In this document: positions 40,919-52,007 of the stretch, piece by piece
Numbering within the stretch: the first letter of the stretch is position 1
How the letters are laid out: every line of letters begins with the position of its first letter
Source of the DNA: Tubiluchus corallicola
Lineage: Eukaryota; Animalia; Priapulida
NCBI GenBank assembly: GCA_030141605.1
Contig: JAQGDQ010000013.1
Location: 1,192,447-1,256,446 of the forward strand
Reading direction: 5' to 3'
Length of the DNA stretch: 64,000 nucleotides
Translations under genes and position numbers: made by a program
The notes under the pieces: model-generated
What the model was told of the DNA's origin: nothing
Seen by the model: the letters and a program-made list of their open reading frames with translations, nothing else
Database searches by the model: none

Positions 40919-43900
40919 AGATTCGAGGCCACAACTCCAATGACGACACCATTCTCGGTGATCTATATATAACAAAAGGTCTCGATATAGAAATAGAAGC
41001 CGTATTTAGAATTTGCTGGAGAGCCACGGTATCCCGCAACAGGCATTTTCCAGGAACCCAGCTCCCAATTTTTTCGAAATTTTGACCAAACACCCTCTAG
41101 AAAAAACATTATAGCTGCGCCTGGTAGGACTCTTGGAAGGAGATATACAGCTCTTTGGAAAAAGGAGGAGTGTGGTTATGCGATGATAAGTCACATTTTA
41201 GGATGCTTCTAGCAAGAGCAGCTGTGACGAGTTGATTAGAGGTTCTATTTTGGGCGATTCTCGTTTAAAAAACTGCTGACGCAAAACTGTTATTCCGATG
41301 TCATCCTTTGTACTCTGCCTAAAATAAAATCTGCTGCTGGCTCTTATAATGTATTATGATAGTAGTCTATTATGACCAAAAAGAGGGCAAAACCTGTGTG
41401 AATGCAAAAAGAGGGTGCCTACATTATTGATCATTGCTGGATGGGCCTAATGGTATTTATCATAACATGCAATTTTAACTTTGTGCAAAATGTTTTGCGT
41501 GGTTTTGCTATGTTGTTGAGTTGTTGGTGTTGATGTTGCAGCTGTTATCATCGTCGTCACCATCATCATCATCATAATCACCATGTGTAATGGTGGATTT
41601 GGTATAGTGTGAGTGGTGTGGTGTGGTGTGGTCGGCATGGTATGGATGCTGTGATATGTGGGTGTTGTAGTGTGGGTTGTGTGGTAAGTGTGGATAGTGT
41701 GGTATGAACAGTGTGGTAGGTGCCCTCGTCATCATCATCGTCGCCATCACCATCATTGTCATCATTATAATCACCATGTGATTTTTGTTGGTTTGGTGTG
41801 GAGTGGCTGTGTGTTGTGAGTGGTGTGGCTGGAGTGGTGTCAGCAGTGTGGAGAATGCAATATCTGGGTGGTGTGGTGTGGGTTGTGTGTTTGTTTACGC
41901 GCAACATTCTTTTTGAGCGGTTTGGCTAGTTGTCTGAATAATACATTTAACCTACAATACATCCTTATACGTGAAAAGTTCAAAAGTTGACATGAATAAA
42001 GTAAATAATAACTATTTTTTACTTACAAAATGTATCCAATGGCACCTTCCTACTTGTCACCGAGTCATCGCTTTCAGTACGTCTGTGCCCTTTGTGCCGC
42101 GGCAACAGCTGTCTCATAGGAGAAATCTCATACCTGTGACCATTGCCATCAGAACACGCAGACAGTGAAATCACCTCAATATCGGAAGAAGCTGCCGTTT
42201 CCATGTCGTCACTGGATGTGTGTCCACTCTGCTGCTTTGGCTCCGATGGATCGGAAGATGTAGGTGAATGAAAACTTTGATGATGATTATCAACCTCGGT
42301 AATGGCTTCACTAATCAAACACTGCACAAACGATGAAGAGTCAACACTTTCCTTGTCTACCTGATCATTCTGCAAAGCAAATTCTTCGTGAGTGGACACA
42401 GGAGTGTCATCAGTTTTACACTCATCAATGTCCTTTTCTACAGGTTCAGTTAAAGGCACAAGGGTTACAGAAGTCTTTGCAGTTTCACAAATGCTTTTTT
42501 CACTATCTAAAATAAGAGGTTCTGCAGCAGTACAGTCTGTAGTTCGCTCATTATCAGAAGATTTGTCCTCGTGGTTGACTGAGTTATCCTGTTTTACCAC
42601 GTCTGCTGCATTATCAGAAATATCACCAGTCACGGTATCTGTGCTTGTATCAGTTGCAGAGCCCCCAACTTGTGATAACACGCTATCAAATGAAGAAGCT
42701 GAAATAATGTTTTCTTGGAAAGAGCAAGGCTCGTCTAATGACGTCGGATCATCATAATCTAAGGATGTGGAGCTCAGTGTTATCTCCTGTAAATTGGTGT
42801 CTTCGTGTTGCCCAACAAGTTTTTCGTCAGTCGACTTACTTGCAGTATTTGTGTCAGTTACGTCAATACATTTTATTTCTTCCACTACATGAACTTCATC
42901 AGGATGAACGACTTCTTCCAGATTATGGAAAACATTTTCTGTCAATTGCAAAGACAATGAAATGCTTTGTTCACCAGCACTTTCACTTTGCAAACATGGA
43001 TCAACAGAGTCAGACGTCACTTGCTGCACTTGAAGAGCATCAGGACTAAGTGTCCACATCTTTTCATTTTTGGCTAGTAATTCAGACTCTGAGTAAACTG
43101 GATGGTCAGTGGATGCTATAGACATTGGTTGTTTACAAACTGGCCCGGCAGTGGTCACTTCACGAACATCAGTAAGCAATTTTCCATCACAGGCCACTTG
43201 ATTAGGCTGAGTAGCCTGCACTAATGTATCGTGTGGACCAGCTACAGACTCAGAACTTTCTTTATCAATGGTAGGGGTGAGCAGTGTTTCATTTCTGTCA
43301 GCAACAGATGAATTGCTGTTGATGGCATTAACATTATTTTCACATATTATCTTGCTCTGCATAGACAGGCCATCTTCACCACTAACATTTAGTAATTCAC
43401 CTTTGATAAGTGTTGTCATGTCTACCGTCTGCACATTACTGCTGTTTTCAGGTATATCAGGCAGTTTTTCAGTAGCACATATGTCGGGTAATGATGCACT
43501 TTCAAATGCACACCTGTCTGCTAAAATTGCATCTGTACTTGCATTCAATAAAGTTGCATCTGTGCACGTATCTGGCAAAGTTGCTGTTGAAAACATGTCT
43601 TGAAGTGATGAAGTATTACATGTGCCTTGAATTTCTGTGCTTGCAGATGAATCTGGTAAAGTTGCTGGTGAATCTAATAAAGTTGTCGAGGAAGATGCGC
43701 CAGGCAATGCAACAGTTGGAGGTAAATCTGGCAAAGATGCAGGTAAAGTTACAGGTACAGGCACATCTGGCAATGTGGTAACTGTAGAAGAATCTGGGAA
43801 TGCTGTCTGTAAATTATATAAACTTGCAGATGCAGCTGCTTCCGACAACGATGCTGCAGCAGATAAATCTATCAACATTGCTGCTGAATCTGGCAGCACT

Positions 43901-45854
43901 GTAGCTGCAGTCGAACTTACGGCTGTTGATGAAAGTGCTCTGGCTTCATTTGGTTTAACTAAATATGAGGAATCTAACATGACATCACTGTCATTGGCAA
44001 TCATTCGGCTCCATGTCATCTGCGAGCGATCACTTGATTCACAACTAATGTCCGTTGTTGCAGGTATTACCTCATCACTGTCATCTTTTGAAATTGCTTG
44101 CAGTTTTTGGTCTGCTGAGGGCAATTCGGCTGACTTTGTCTCAGTCACAAAAGTTGCTGTTGTTGGCACAGAATCATTATTCTGTTCATCTTCACCTGTA
44201 CTTTGGTATGAAATGAGGTCAACAGGTACATGCTGCTGATCAGGTTCTTTCTTTTTAATTTGTGCTGACAAGGAACCAATCAAGGGTTTAGATTTTGAAA
44301 CTCGAGAATGTTCTTCCGGTGGCCTGGGTTTCCTAGTGATAGGCGTGGCTGACACAGCTTTGCTACTGGAAAGGTTAGCCTGCTTATTAGTTGATCGAGG
44401 TTTTTCTTCACCCAGAAAAGTGCTGAAAAATGAATCGGTTTCTGTGACGGGTTCTTGCACAAATGCAGTATCTTTTGATGGAAATCCTGAAATATATAAA
44501 AATTAAGTTACGAAATGTCCAAACCAGTCAACTTCTAAAATTACCTCTGTGATTTAAAATAAAATTCTAAAAAAGCAACATTCTTTATGTGTGAGTCTAC
44601 ATAATGCTTAGGTTATCCAATATTTCAAAAATATTATTTACAAAAAATAAATGTTGCTAAAACCCAATCAAAGTTAATTTTGTGATACAAAATTTTATAT
44701 ATAATACTAATGATCTGATATGAATACATGAATGATATGATATGAACTTATGTGGCTTCGAACATTTTGCTTTATGTAATAAGTTCAGAAAATACATGTT
44801 GCAGTACTAAGCAAAATTCTAGTTAAATTTTTATAAATTATGCTATATATAGATTTATACCAGTGCAAATTAAATTAAGTACATTTAATTAAAGGAAGAC
44901 ATGATCATTTTTCATATACTACCCCGATTTCAAGTCGAACAAAAAGTATACATTTTAACATAATTAATACTGCAAAAGCGTGTCTGATAATGAAACAATA
45001 GATTAAAATCTTAATTAAAGACGGGCGAGCCCTACTATTCACGGCATTGCAAACTAACATAATTTTCAACAGCAAAAATATACCACAAGTGTGTTGTACA
45101 TGTTTGTGAAAGCAAAATTTGAAGCATAATGCTACTGTAGAAGATTCAGTGTGTTGTAGTAAAATTTAAAATATGCTCCCCGCATGAGCTGTCGAACATG
45201 TGTAGTTCATCACAAACTAACACATCTGAACTAAGAGGTAGCACCTGTTTTTTTGTGCAATGCATTTCTGAAATGCAGGCGCTAGTGCTCGTCTAACTAG
45301 CGAATGGCGAAATGCATGTAACAGCGAAGAATCAGTGGCACAAATGCGGAATTGTCTTTGTGTGGTAATAATTCTTTTTGGTTAGTCATTTTTGAAAAAA
45401 ATTGTGTTTCCTTTCAATATTTTAACGTGTAGATTGTTTTGATCTACAGTTTAAGAATGGGTGCTTGCTTTGAACAAGGCTTTTAAATGCTGATAAATTT
45501 AATGAGTTCCTGCCCAATAAGCTCATGTGTGGTGAGCTCTAAGCCCATGAGTTCCACTGCTAAGAAGTTCCTGTCTGATTAGTTAAAACTGGTTCATATC
45601 CAATGAGGAAACTCTCGCTCATTAAACTCCATCCAAGCTAACAGTATCACATTCGACTGTATATCTGCTCCCAAATACTGACACAACTTCGTAAAACAAA
45701 TGTAAAAATAATTGTGAAGCTTACCCTTATTCGATGAATGTTTTACATTACTAGCATCATCAATCTCTAAAACTTTGTCAATTTGCTTCTGTGCTTGGTT
45801 TAATGCAGATTTCGCTAAAGAAGTAAAACTGGATGTGGACGAAAACCAACTCAT
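12725..45854 (-). CDS. TMF1: TATA element modulatory factor 1 (TMF1 golgin), ~1544 aa, 19 coding exons: 45725-45854, 42027-44486, 39792-39862, 38529-38632, 37074-37185, 36106-36232, 25944-26040, 24666-24813, 24134-24198, 21908-22064, 20896-21043, 20047-20148, 19067-19259, 18218-18380, 16964-17089, 16188-16346, 15219-15344, 13237-13347, 12725-12760
   Basis: N-terminus MSWFSSTSSFTSLAKSALNQAQKQIDKVLEI; SSDIEVIS motif; GEKLSKQNLQQSTVIKKLR; ATRPLLRQIE; C-terminal LQMYGEKEEQVEELRLDLQDVKEMYRTQI. All junctions are GT-AG and phase-compatible; summed length 4635 nt is divisible by 3. Confidence 0.93.
13630..13710 (-). mobile_element. tRNA-derived SINE head
   Basis: Minus strand reads GTGGCCTAGTGATTAAGGC (A box) ... 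GGTTCAAATCC (B box) without a proper acceptor stem; lies in a TMF1 intron. Confidence 0.55.
15599..15935. mobile_element. MITE with TIRs and an internal 61-bp tandem duplication (PIF/Harbinger-like)
   Basis: AGACTAGTAAGTTTTCTTTC at left is the inverse of GAGAGAAAACTTGCTAGTCT at right; GAGAGTAACTTCAGCAGGTGTTACTCTTGCAGCAAATGTCACAGAGTTTGAA occurs twice; right end ...AAAGGTGCCG|TAA. Confidence 0.6.
18984..19051. repeat. Short tandem repeat, 4 x AAGGAGATTAAGA core
   Basis: Directly visible, next to the donor of TMF1 exon 19067-19259. Confidence 0.85.
21061..21208. repeat. Minisatellite, 37-bp unit x4
   Basis: GATTGGCTTAAACCAGATAATCAGCTCAATGCCTTCT repeated almost perfectly. Confidence 0.95.
22802..23026. 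repeat. Minisatellite, 60-bp unit x~4
   Basis: GGATGTCCTTTCTTAGTGACCCACATTTTCATCACATTTTTTCGTTGTTTTAGTAATTTT repeated. Confidence 0.95.
25229..25784. mobile_element. hAT (Charlie-like) MITE, degenerate
   Basis: Right end AAAAGTTTGGGGATTCCTG followed by GTCTAGAG; left end CAAAAGTCTCTAAAG preceded by ATCTATAG (NTCTAGAN-type 8-bp target); subterminal GGGTCGA/GGGTCAA motifs. Confidence 0.55.
26280..26525. repeat. Degenerate tandem repeat (~53-bp period made of ~26-bp subunits)
   Basis: Recurring CAGCAAAGTT..AAGTGACCTTCTATTTT(T)AGCAAAGGTAAAAAGTGAC. Confidence 0.8.
27116..27260. mobile_element. 145-bp MITE with perfect 8-bp TSD ACTAGTTC
   Basis: TIR GGAAGGAGTTTACAATTCCCC / GGGGAATTGTGAACTTTAGCC; ACTAGTTC at 27108-27115 and 27261-27268; internal CCTAAT/CCTAAC motifs. 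Confidence 0.8.
27441..27830 (+). mobile_element. DINE-1/HINE-like (non-autonomous Helentron-type) element fragment
   Basis: Starts ATTTCCCGAGCGAAGTAGG followed by a (TCTG/TCCG)n tract; its distal part recurs inverted at 29645-29815. Family assignment is by architecture only. Confidence 0.45.
28090..28545. repeat. (CA)/(GCAC) microsatellite followed by a degenerate CCCTAA-rich tandem array
   Basis: Units such as CTCACAATCCCTAACCCTTTTTAC are repeated; many CCCTAA/CTCTAA hexamers. Confidence 0.85.
28847..29220. mobile_element. hAT-type MITE (degenerate)
   Basis: Left CACTCCTGGATTAACC, right GGTCTTAATTCAGCCCTG; flanks ACTGGCCT/ACTGGTTT resemble an 8-bp TSD; subterminal GTGCTT(T)AGGG motifs. 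Confidence 0.5.
30259..31401 (+). CDS. Alpha-1,3-fucosyltransferase (glycosyltransferase family 10), intronless, nested antisense in a TMF1 intron
   Basis: 380 aa; N-terminal type II transmembrane anchor; ILFW, SDAVVVH, TYRLDSDV, WFVSNC, VDIYGKCG and the alpha-1,3-FucT motif YKFYLSFENSYCLDYVTEK; VPIVLG, SYIN..DF.SP..LA.YL..LD.N...Y..YF.W. Confidence 0.95.
   Translation: MTAPRLIFLIFVTLCCVVPCIYYYHVSTRSAQVRFVTRDKAIKKILFWNDFEGRKDFLWGLGQEPFLKHCPEGPAQNCLTTSNRSHLNSSDAVVVHLRSRSIWEPLPSKLNPWQSWAMLLVEAPPYAFMDSAGFSPHKLKQFNSIFTDTITYRLDSDVVRYYGRYVKVREHFKNDLAILIKKNYATEKTRLISWFVSNCKTSSKREDYVTELRKFVPVDIYGKCGKLKCPRGDAECSVIMQQYKFYLSFENSYCLDYVTEKIFNPLKLDVVPIVLGGANYSYFAPPHSYINTADFNSPKQLADYLVLLDKNDQLYNEYFAWKDMWKHLHSMSFCKYCEKLNEPSQFLQVYPDMYKWYIADAKCKYWDKSTKKFTLIQNLS
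32668..33066. repeat. Minisatellite, 28-bp unit x~14
   Basis: AACAAGGCTGTTGCTTGTAAATCTGTG(C/T) head-to-tail with no spacers. Confidence 0.97.
36540..37020. repeat. Minisatellite, 63-bp unit x~7
   Basis: AACCCTGCTTTACCTAATGCTCATTAATCAATCAAATTCAACCCTGCAAAGCTATAATATGTG repeated with gradual divergence. Confidence 0.95.
38907..39443. mobile_element. Tc1/mariner-type MITE
   Basis: TA|CAGGGTGTCTCACAAGTAACTACACGCTTT at left; AAAGTGCATAGTGACTTTTGAGACAAACTG|TA at right (imperfect ~30-bp TIR, TA flanks). Confidence 0.75.
40757..40870. repeat. Near-perfect inverted repeat (49-bp arms, 16-nt loop), probable fold-back MITE
   Basis: ACTGTCCTTTTTCCAATTTTAGTCTGCCATTTTACTTTTGTCCCCATCT / AGATGGGGACAAATGTAAAATGGCAGACTAGAATTGGAGAAAGGACAGT. 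Confidence 0.9.
40873..40914. repeat. (TA)n microsatellite
   Basis: About 20 consecutive TA units. Confidence 0.97.
41495..41900. repeat. Low-complexity (GTGTG)n/(CAT)n region with an internal duplication
   Basis: GTGGT/GTGTG runs interleaved with two CATCATCATC..ATAATCACCATGTG blocks. Confidence 0.85.
44889..45486 (+). mobile_element. Non-autonomous DNA transposon starting TTAA|AGG (Kolobok-like), copy 2, in TMF1 first coding intron
   Basis: Homologous to 7759-8335; ends near GGCTTTTAA. Confidence 0.7.
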
Positions 45855-46830
45855 GTTTCTAAATCTTCATCTGCTGTAATTTCTGCAAAGTTTATAAAAA
45901 CATAATCAGTACTGGTTACTACTGGTAACACTAAAGTTAATTACTGTCTTATAAGTGCTAAATATTAAAAGATATTAAAACAACATGATATTAAGCTGTT
46001 GACAAGTTTAGCTTGTTGAACAATGACTACAGCTCTAAGTCTTAACAAAAACCTGTTATTCCTGTTGGTCTAATATAAATCCTGATATTCTTAGTTTTAA
46101 TATATTCCTATATGCTGACAATGTTTACTAGCTTTATCCCCAACAGCTATGCAGAAAACAATTAACTTTCATGTGTACCATGTAAGATTAAAGTCAAGAA
46201 TTATAATAAAAGAAGGTCACATACGGAGGTTTTTGTTTGCTAACATGATAGGGCAAACGAATGCACTTGCTGCCTCTTAATGCTCTTTAATTGTAACTTT
46301 AATAACACTCTTTAAAACTTAAAGTTACATTACATATTTTGTGTAACATTTATTAATTAATTTTAATCAATAATTATTAAACATTTTGTAAACTGTACTA
46401 TCTTATTTTAGAAATACCCTTATAAAATTGCATTTATGACCAAGATTTAGTTCAGTATTAATATCCAAATCAAAAATACTCATTTAAAGAAAAGCTAACT
46501 AGGCCCAGACTGATAATGGCAGCAATTGCGTGATGCGCGAAACTAACGTAACTACAAATCAACAGTTTTGTTAACTGCAAACACCATTATTCGATGTCTA
46601 TCCATGTCTAATCAGTAATACACATTACGCAGACTAAATTAAATTGAAATGTCGATTTTTACGTTTGTAATTAGCTTCAGACTGTAAAAGCATTTTACCA
46701 CATAAAACATTTGATGACCGATCGTCACGCGTTATAAACGTCATTACCGCCGATCTTAATAGTACTTCCTGACTGTGTAAAATGTCTGTCACTGATCAAA
46801 TACTATGATATTGGCCAAACTTCTTGCAGG

Positions 46831-46925
46831 GCCCCAGTGGCGCAATAGGTTAGCGCGCCGTACTTATAGACAGTATTTGTCGCTGAGATATGCGGAGGCT
46901 GTGAGTTCGAGCCTCACCTGGGGCA
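46831..46925 (+). tRNA. tRNA-Ile (anticodon TAT) with 21-nt intron (46869-46889)
   Basis: Acceptor GCCCCAG/CTGGGGC plus discriminator A; D arm GCGC/GCGC; anticodon stem CCGTA/TGCGG with TAT at 46865-46867; intron after position 37; T arm GTGAG-TTCGAGC-CTCAC; Pol III terminator TTTTT at 46930-46934. Confidence 0.96.
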
Positions 46926-47329
46926 CAGCTTTTTACTTGCCCACTACAGCAAATCGAACCTTTTCAGTCAAATTCAATAAATAATTAATTGACACTTATA
47001 AAACAGTACCACAGATCGCGCCAGTCTTAGTGATTACTTGAAACATTCTCCCAACTGACAAGCAGATAAAGCTGCTCACGAAAATACTTAGACTCCTGGA
47101 GAACGTATTTCAATATACAGCTAGACTTAAAGTCGATCAAGTGTGCATTATTTAAATGTAATTAATATTTTTTTATTTTCCCATCCATACAAGATTTCTG
47201 GTTAGGACACTTCAGACCATGCAAGCATGTTTAATAATATCGGAAAGGTTTGAAAGAGTAAGATTTAATATAAGTTTCTCCAAGTCAAAAAATCTTAGTC
47301 CAAGTCTTAGACAATCTCAGATTTGAGGT

Positions 47330-47720
47330 TTGTGTTTATCAAAACGTGCCTTGAACTAATCGAAATGCTTATTGGCTTCATAGTGTTACCTGGGAGCTTG
47401 TTCCAAGAAATTACAACTTTGAATGAAAACAAATACTGTCATTTTGTCCAGCTGCTTTGACACTTTCTTCCTTCATGTGAATGGCCTATAGTATGTTTTG
47501 TTTTGCTGTTAAATCTGTAACGTAACAATCATCCATGTATTTTTTGTTAATGTAGAATCATATTCCTAAAGATGCATATCATTTCTTGCTTCAAGCACCC
47601 ATTAATTAAGTGAAATTAGACCAAGCTCTTTTAACCTTTGGGAGTAAACTACATCTCTCAACCAAGAATTAACATGGTTAATTTTTTGTACTGAACGGAT
47701 GAAATCCTGCCTTGATTGGT
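47330..47720 (-). mobile_element. CR1-type LINE ORF2 3' end fossil
   Basis: Degenerate minus-strand translation includes YSQRLKELGLISL and TIGHS...QYLFSFKVVISWNKLP, matching the CR1-group C-terminal pattern (Y.ERL..L.L.SL; TRGH; FS.RVV..WN.LP). Confidence 0.65.
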
Positions 47721-48459
47721 CTCATTTGTCACATCTTCATACTATCCATAGTGCATACTAATCTGTGCTTTCATGCTTTCACAGCACCTCCTCTACCAAA
47801 TGGCGGCACTCACGTAACTTAATTAAGTGCAAGGTACTGAATCACTGAATCACAATTTTTGCAATTGATTACGTCATGATGTTTAGCACTGGTTGAAATT
47901 TGAGATTACCGATTATTCTCTATAATTAAGCAGCCTTTCAATAGTTTGGTGCACCTGTTATAAGGTTTGCCCAATGGGTCTTGATATGTCGCTGGAGTCC
48001 ACTTGCCACATCTCTCAGTGCTTTAACATATTCTAACACGTTCTGAGGAGTCTTTTTCCTTACATGATTTGTTTAGGTTACTTTTGGTTTATTTGCATAA
48101 CTTCCTTTATCATTGCTCACGTCATCTGAGTCTAATATGCATAAAATTTCTTACTCGAGCTTCTTTGCCAGTTAATATGTATGATTTTTTCCGAAAAAAG
48201 TTTTGTTTCAACTGTCTTAGTTCAGAAATTGACTTTCTTTTCTGTTTAGTACAAATGTTCAGTCAAGAATTGGACTGATTTTTGACCATCGATGCATTGA
48301 TCGACTTATGTAACATCAGAAATATTTGTTTATCAAGAAATTTAAAGTTATCAAGTATTACTTTATTGTAATAAATTGTTCTGTACTCTGTTATATGTCC
48401 TATAGTACAATATAGTGTCTTGTCAATAAACTGAACTGAATAGTTATAGCAGACTAGGT

Positions 48460-49208
48460 TGTTGGGAGCCGAGTGGACCACTGCGTGGGCTAGCCCAAGT
48501 AGACCGCGGTCTACTTGGGCTGCCCAAGTAGGACACTAGAGACAGGTCGCGAATTGAGTCGTTAAGTGTACTGACACCGTCCGTTGTGCTTGTTTATGTA
48601 ATAATAATAATTAAAAACGTTAGTACACGTTGAATAATTTATTATACATCTAATAAAATAAAAGAATTTTATTATGAGCTGGTAGAACGGACAATATTAA
48701 ATTTGGTTTCGATATTAATGTTGTTGAAGTGAAAAAAACCACTTTTTTGCGAATACAAAATTTGTTTAAGGTATATCATTTTTGATTTTGTCTCACTTCA
48801 CAAACAGGTGATCCGTTTCACTACCTCTTGGGCAAATAATTGTTTTCTTATAAGTAAACGTTATAGCAATCTATGTGTCCTACATGGGCTAGCGAGCCAT
48901 GTAGGACAGTGCCCTACATGTTACAATACTACTGATAATATTAAAACTAATTATCCTTGCTTTTCTTAAATGTTAAAAATTACTTTTTGGTGTTGTGAAG
49001 GCTTAGCAGAATCCGTCTTATTTTTAAATTTGCAATTATTTCTGTAAATAATAAAATGAAGAAACTTTCACAGAATTTTCAAAAATTTGACAAAATTACC
49101 GATTCTCGACAAAAATCGCTAGTGTCCTACTTGGGCTGCCCATGTAGGACACTACTTTTAGCGCATCAAGTGGTCTACTTGGCGCAGTGGTCCACTCGGC
49201 TCCCAACA
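48460..49208. mobile_element. 749-bp non-autonomous TIR element with TG..CA ends and 5-bp TSD TAGGT (Ginger-like)
   Basis: Perfect 26-bp TIR TGTTGGGAGCCGAGTGGACCACTGCG; TAGGT at 48455-48459 and 49209-49213; internal palindromic GTCCTACTTGGGCTGCCCAAGTAGGAC modules. Confidence 0.9.
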
Positions 49209-50015
49209 TAGGTGACTTATAGTCTTTTCGCTATCTTTTTTATAGTTCTAGATCCATCTATCATTTTAACCATTCTTCGAAACTTATTAGCGATTCTATT
49301 ATTAATCATGTTATATTGCACTATTATAGAGATAAATAAATTGACTAGAATTGAATTTCCAGCAAGCGTCAGTGGTCCATTTTTCAACTTTCAGTCTATT
49401 GTAAAATGGAGTTTAGACAATTTAGTTTTGATAATCTTTACTTTAGTGATCGTACGTGATGGGCATAATTTATGATGATGATGATAACAATCATTCTGAA
49501 ACGGAAAACCAAAATGTTATTTAGATAATAGGTATCGTCCATTTTCCGTTTGTTGTTTGTTGCAGCTTTCCTCAAATAGTGGATATTACAACTTTAAGAA
49601 GCTGCCAGAATTAAAGCCGTAACGTGAGGTTATAATGCGAATTGCGAAAACCAGATGTGATTAAAGGCATCTTTGAGCTAATTCTGCAGACGAGTTTAGG
49701 TCCCTGTGTAAGTTAGCGTTATAAACTAAATTGGCCGTTATGAATTATATGGTTCTGTGTATTCTCATTGTTCACATTAAATAGAGATTTCTACGAACTA
49801 TAGATGCTCATTTTGTGATTTTGAGGAATTTTGTTTGAATATAAATTGGCACATTTTGGGTATGCCACCCAGATGCTCTCTGACAAATAAATGTGCAACA
49901 CAGACCAGTCTTTATAGCTAATATTTTTACTTTTCTGCTGAGTCAAATTAATTGCTACTGTACTATAGATAATTTTTCTTATTTTTAGAATTGAAAATTT
50001 ACAATAACCGATAAA

Positions 50016-50675
50016 ATGACGTCTATGGGTGAAGGGCATCAAGTGAGTTCCCTACCGCTACCTCCTATGCAGTATGTTAACTTGTACACTCCAAATAACA
50101 TTAGTCGTGGACGAGCACCGCAGCCACCAGCACCAATCCAAGATATGTACAGCATGTTTAGTGTCACATTTCATGTGGACGATCAAATTATTCGTCCTTT
50201 GGAAACCCAGGGAATAAAGCGACTATATCCACAAAATGTAGATCACAAACGTGAACTTCGAAAACTAAACCACTCCATCTTGGTAAATTTTCTTTACTTG
50301 CTGGATATTTTAGTAAAATCTCCATGCACAAACAAAAGAAAAGAGAAGATTGACGACATTAATTTACTTTTTATTCATATGCATCACTTAATCAATGAGT
50401 TTAGGCCGCACCAAGCAAGAGAGACATTGCGAGTTATGCTAGAAGTACAGAAAAAGCAAAGATTAGAAGTAGCAGAGAGATTTCAGAAACATCTTGATGG
50501 AGTTGCTGAAAAAGTTCACAATTGTTTGTCATCTCTTCCGGATCCTTTCAGCACGGATAGTTGCACAATGGTGAACTCTGAAATTAATGAGATGGATGTT
50601 GACAGTGATAACAAAAGCACTGATAAGTGTGATAGTCTTGATAAATTAATGTGTGACATTGTGGATGTTATGTAA
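50016..50675 (+). CDS. MED7: Mediator of RNA polymerase II transcription subunit 7, single coding exon
   Basis: [15 protein letters not shown]...APQPP.PI...YSMF...[15 protein letters not shown]...[18 protein letters not shown]...[30 protein letters not shown]; 5'-UTR splice acceptor TTTTTAG at ~49988. Confidence 0.97.
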   Translation: MTSMGEGHQVSSLPLPPMQYVNLYTPNNISRGRAPQPPAPIQDMYSMFSVTFHVDDQIIRPLETQGIKRLYPQNVDHKRELRKLNHSILVNFLYLLDILVKSPCTNKRKEKIDDINLLFIHMHHLINEFRPHQARETLRVMLEVQKKQRLEVAERFQKHLDGVAEKVHNCLSSLPDPFSTDSCTMVNSEINEMDVDSDNKSTDKCDSLDKLMCDIVDVM

Positions 50676-52007
50676 AATAATTATATTGTATAATACACAC
50701 AAACTTCAAAATGTGTTAATGTTATGCATTCATGAACTAGAATTGAACTTGACAATGTGCATGTGGCTAGCCAATTTAGAAAAGGTACTAAAGTTCTGCA
50801 CAAATAATTAGTAAGATGTGTACAGTATTGTATATGATTATGTATAATATAATTATATTCTACAATTCATAATATTGTATAATTGAGTATGTATTGCAAA
50901 ACTAATTTGTTTTTCCAAGACTTGTTGAAACATGCCAAACTAATCATAATACAAGTTACCAATAACATTTAATATTGTGATGAAATTACTATTATTTCAC
51001 TGGAGTTTGCCATGTGATAATCAAAACTATCTGATTTTTAGCATTTGTTTAAAAGCCCCGGAAGGAACTTAAACACTACTCGAAAATTCTATGCACTGAA
51101 AATGTCCTAAAATTTTAGTTTAGTGCTTTTAATTGTGCCTACCCTAAAGCAGCATAAAGCTCAGCAAATTACTTACGTAAAGTTTACTTACTTATCTTGA
51201 AAATTCCAAATTCTAGGTCATTCAAATTACTCCGAAATTTGAGACTCAGTAACTTCACAGACCCATTTATATAACTAATGTAATAATGTCACAGTCACTT
51301 TAAAATTCTGATCAAAATCCAGCAAGTATTAATTTAGTCAGGTCTGCCTATATTGGACATTTACAGTCCTAGCTCATGTGGAGAATGGGTTAAGTAGAGT
51401 GACTACTTTGATTCAACCAATTATTGATCATGCTAGCCTGGCATAGCATCCCAGTTCATGAAGTACGCTACAGATTTGCGGGGTTTAGAACTAGTAGGTG
51501 TTCAAAACACAATTTTCATCACGTTTACAAATTACGCACTTGTCTTGTACCATATTGTACTAGTTTATCTCAAAAAAAAACTAAGAAAATCCAACAATAC
51601 ATAAGAAAAGTGATAACTAAAGTGAGGGCATATGTCAACTACTTGTCTTAAATTAATATTTTTTGGTTTCATCTGATGCAATGACGTGATGTGGTCAATA
51701 AATATACCAAGCAAATGTGTTTTTCTTTCAGTTTTCGGGCCTGCTGAACAGGCCGTCAAACTGTAAGCTTATTGGTATAGATGTTAGTTTGGCTAAGAAA
51801 ATAAGATAAGATAAGTGTTTTATGGTCTTACATTATTGAAAATGTACTTGTGTGGATTTAAAACTTTTCATGTTTCCCACCTTGCTTTGGGGTATAATAT
51901 CCACCCTCATTTAGTGAATTCCTTGCCCTATTTTAGGGAGTTTAGAAAATTTTTTATTACAGGCACTTAAAAAGATTTATAGTTAAAACAACACAACTCC
52001 GTCAAAA

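Noticed and set aside
41447-41907. His/Thr/Asp-rich ORFs
   Set aside because: Products of (GTGTG)n and (CAT)n low-complexity DNA inside a TMF1 intron.
42333-44239. Several + strand ORFs up to 200 aa
   Set aside because: Antisense shadows of the large TMF1 exon with no recognisable motifs.
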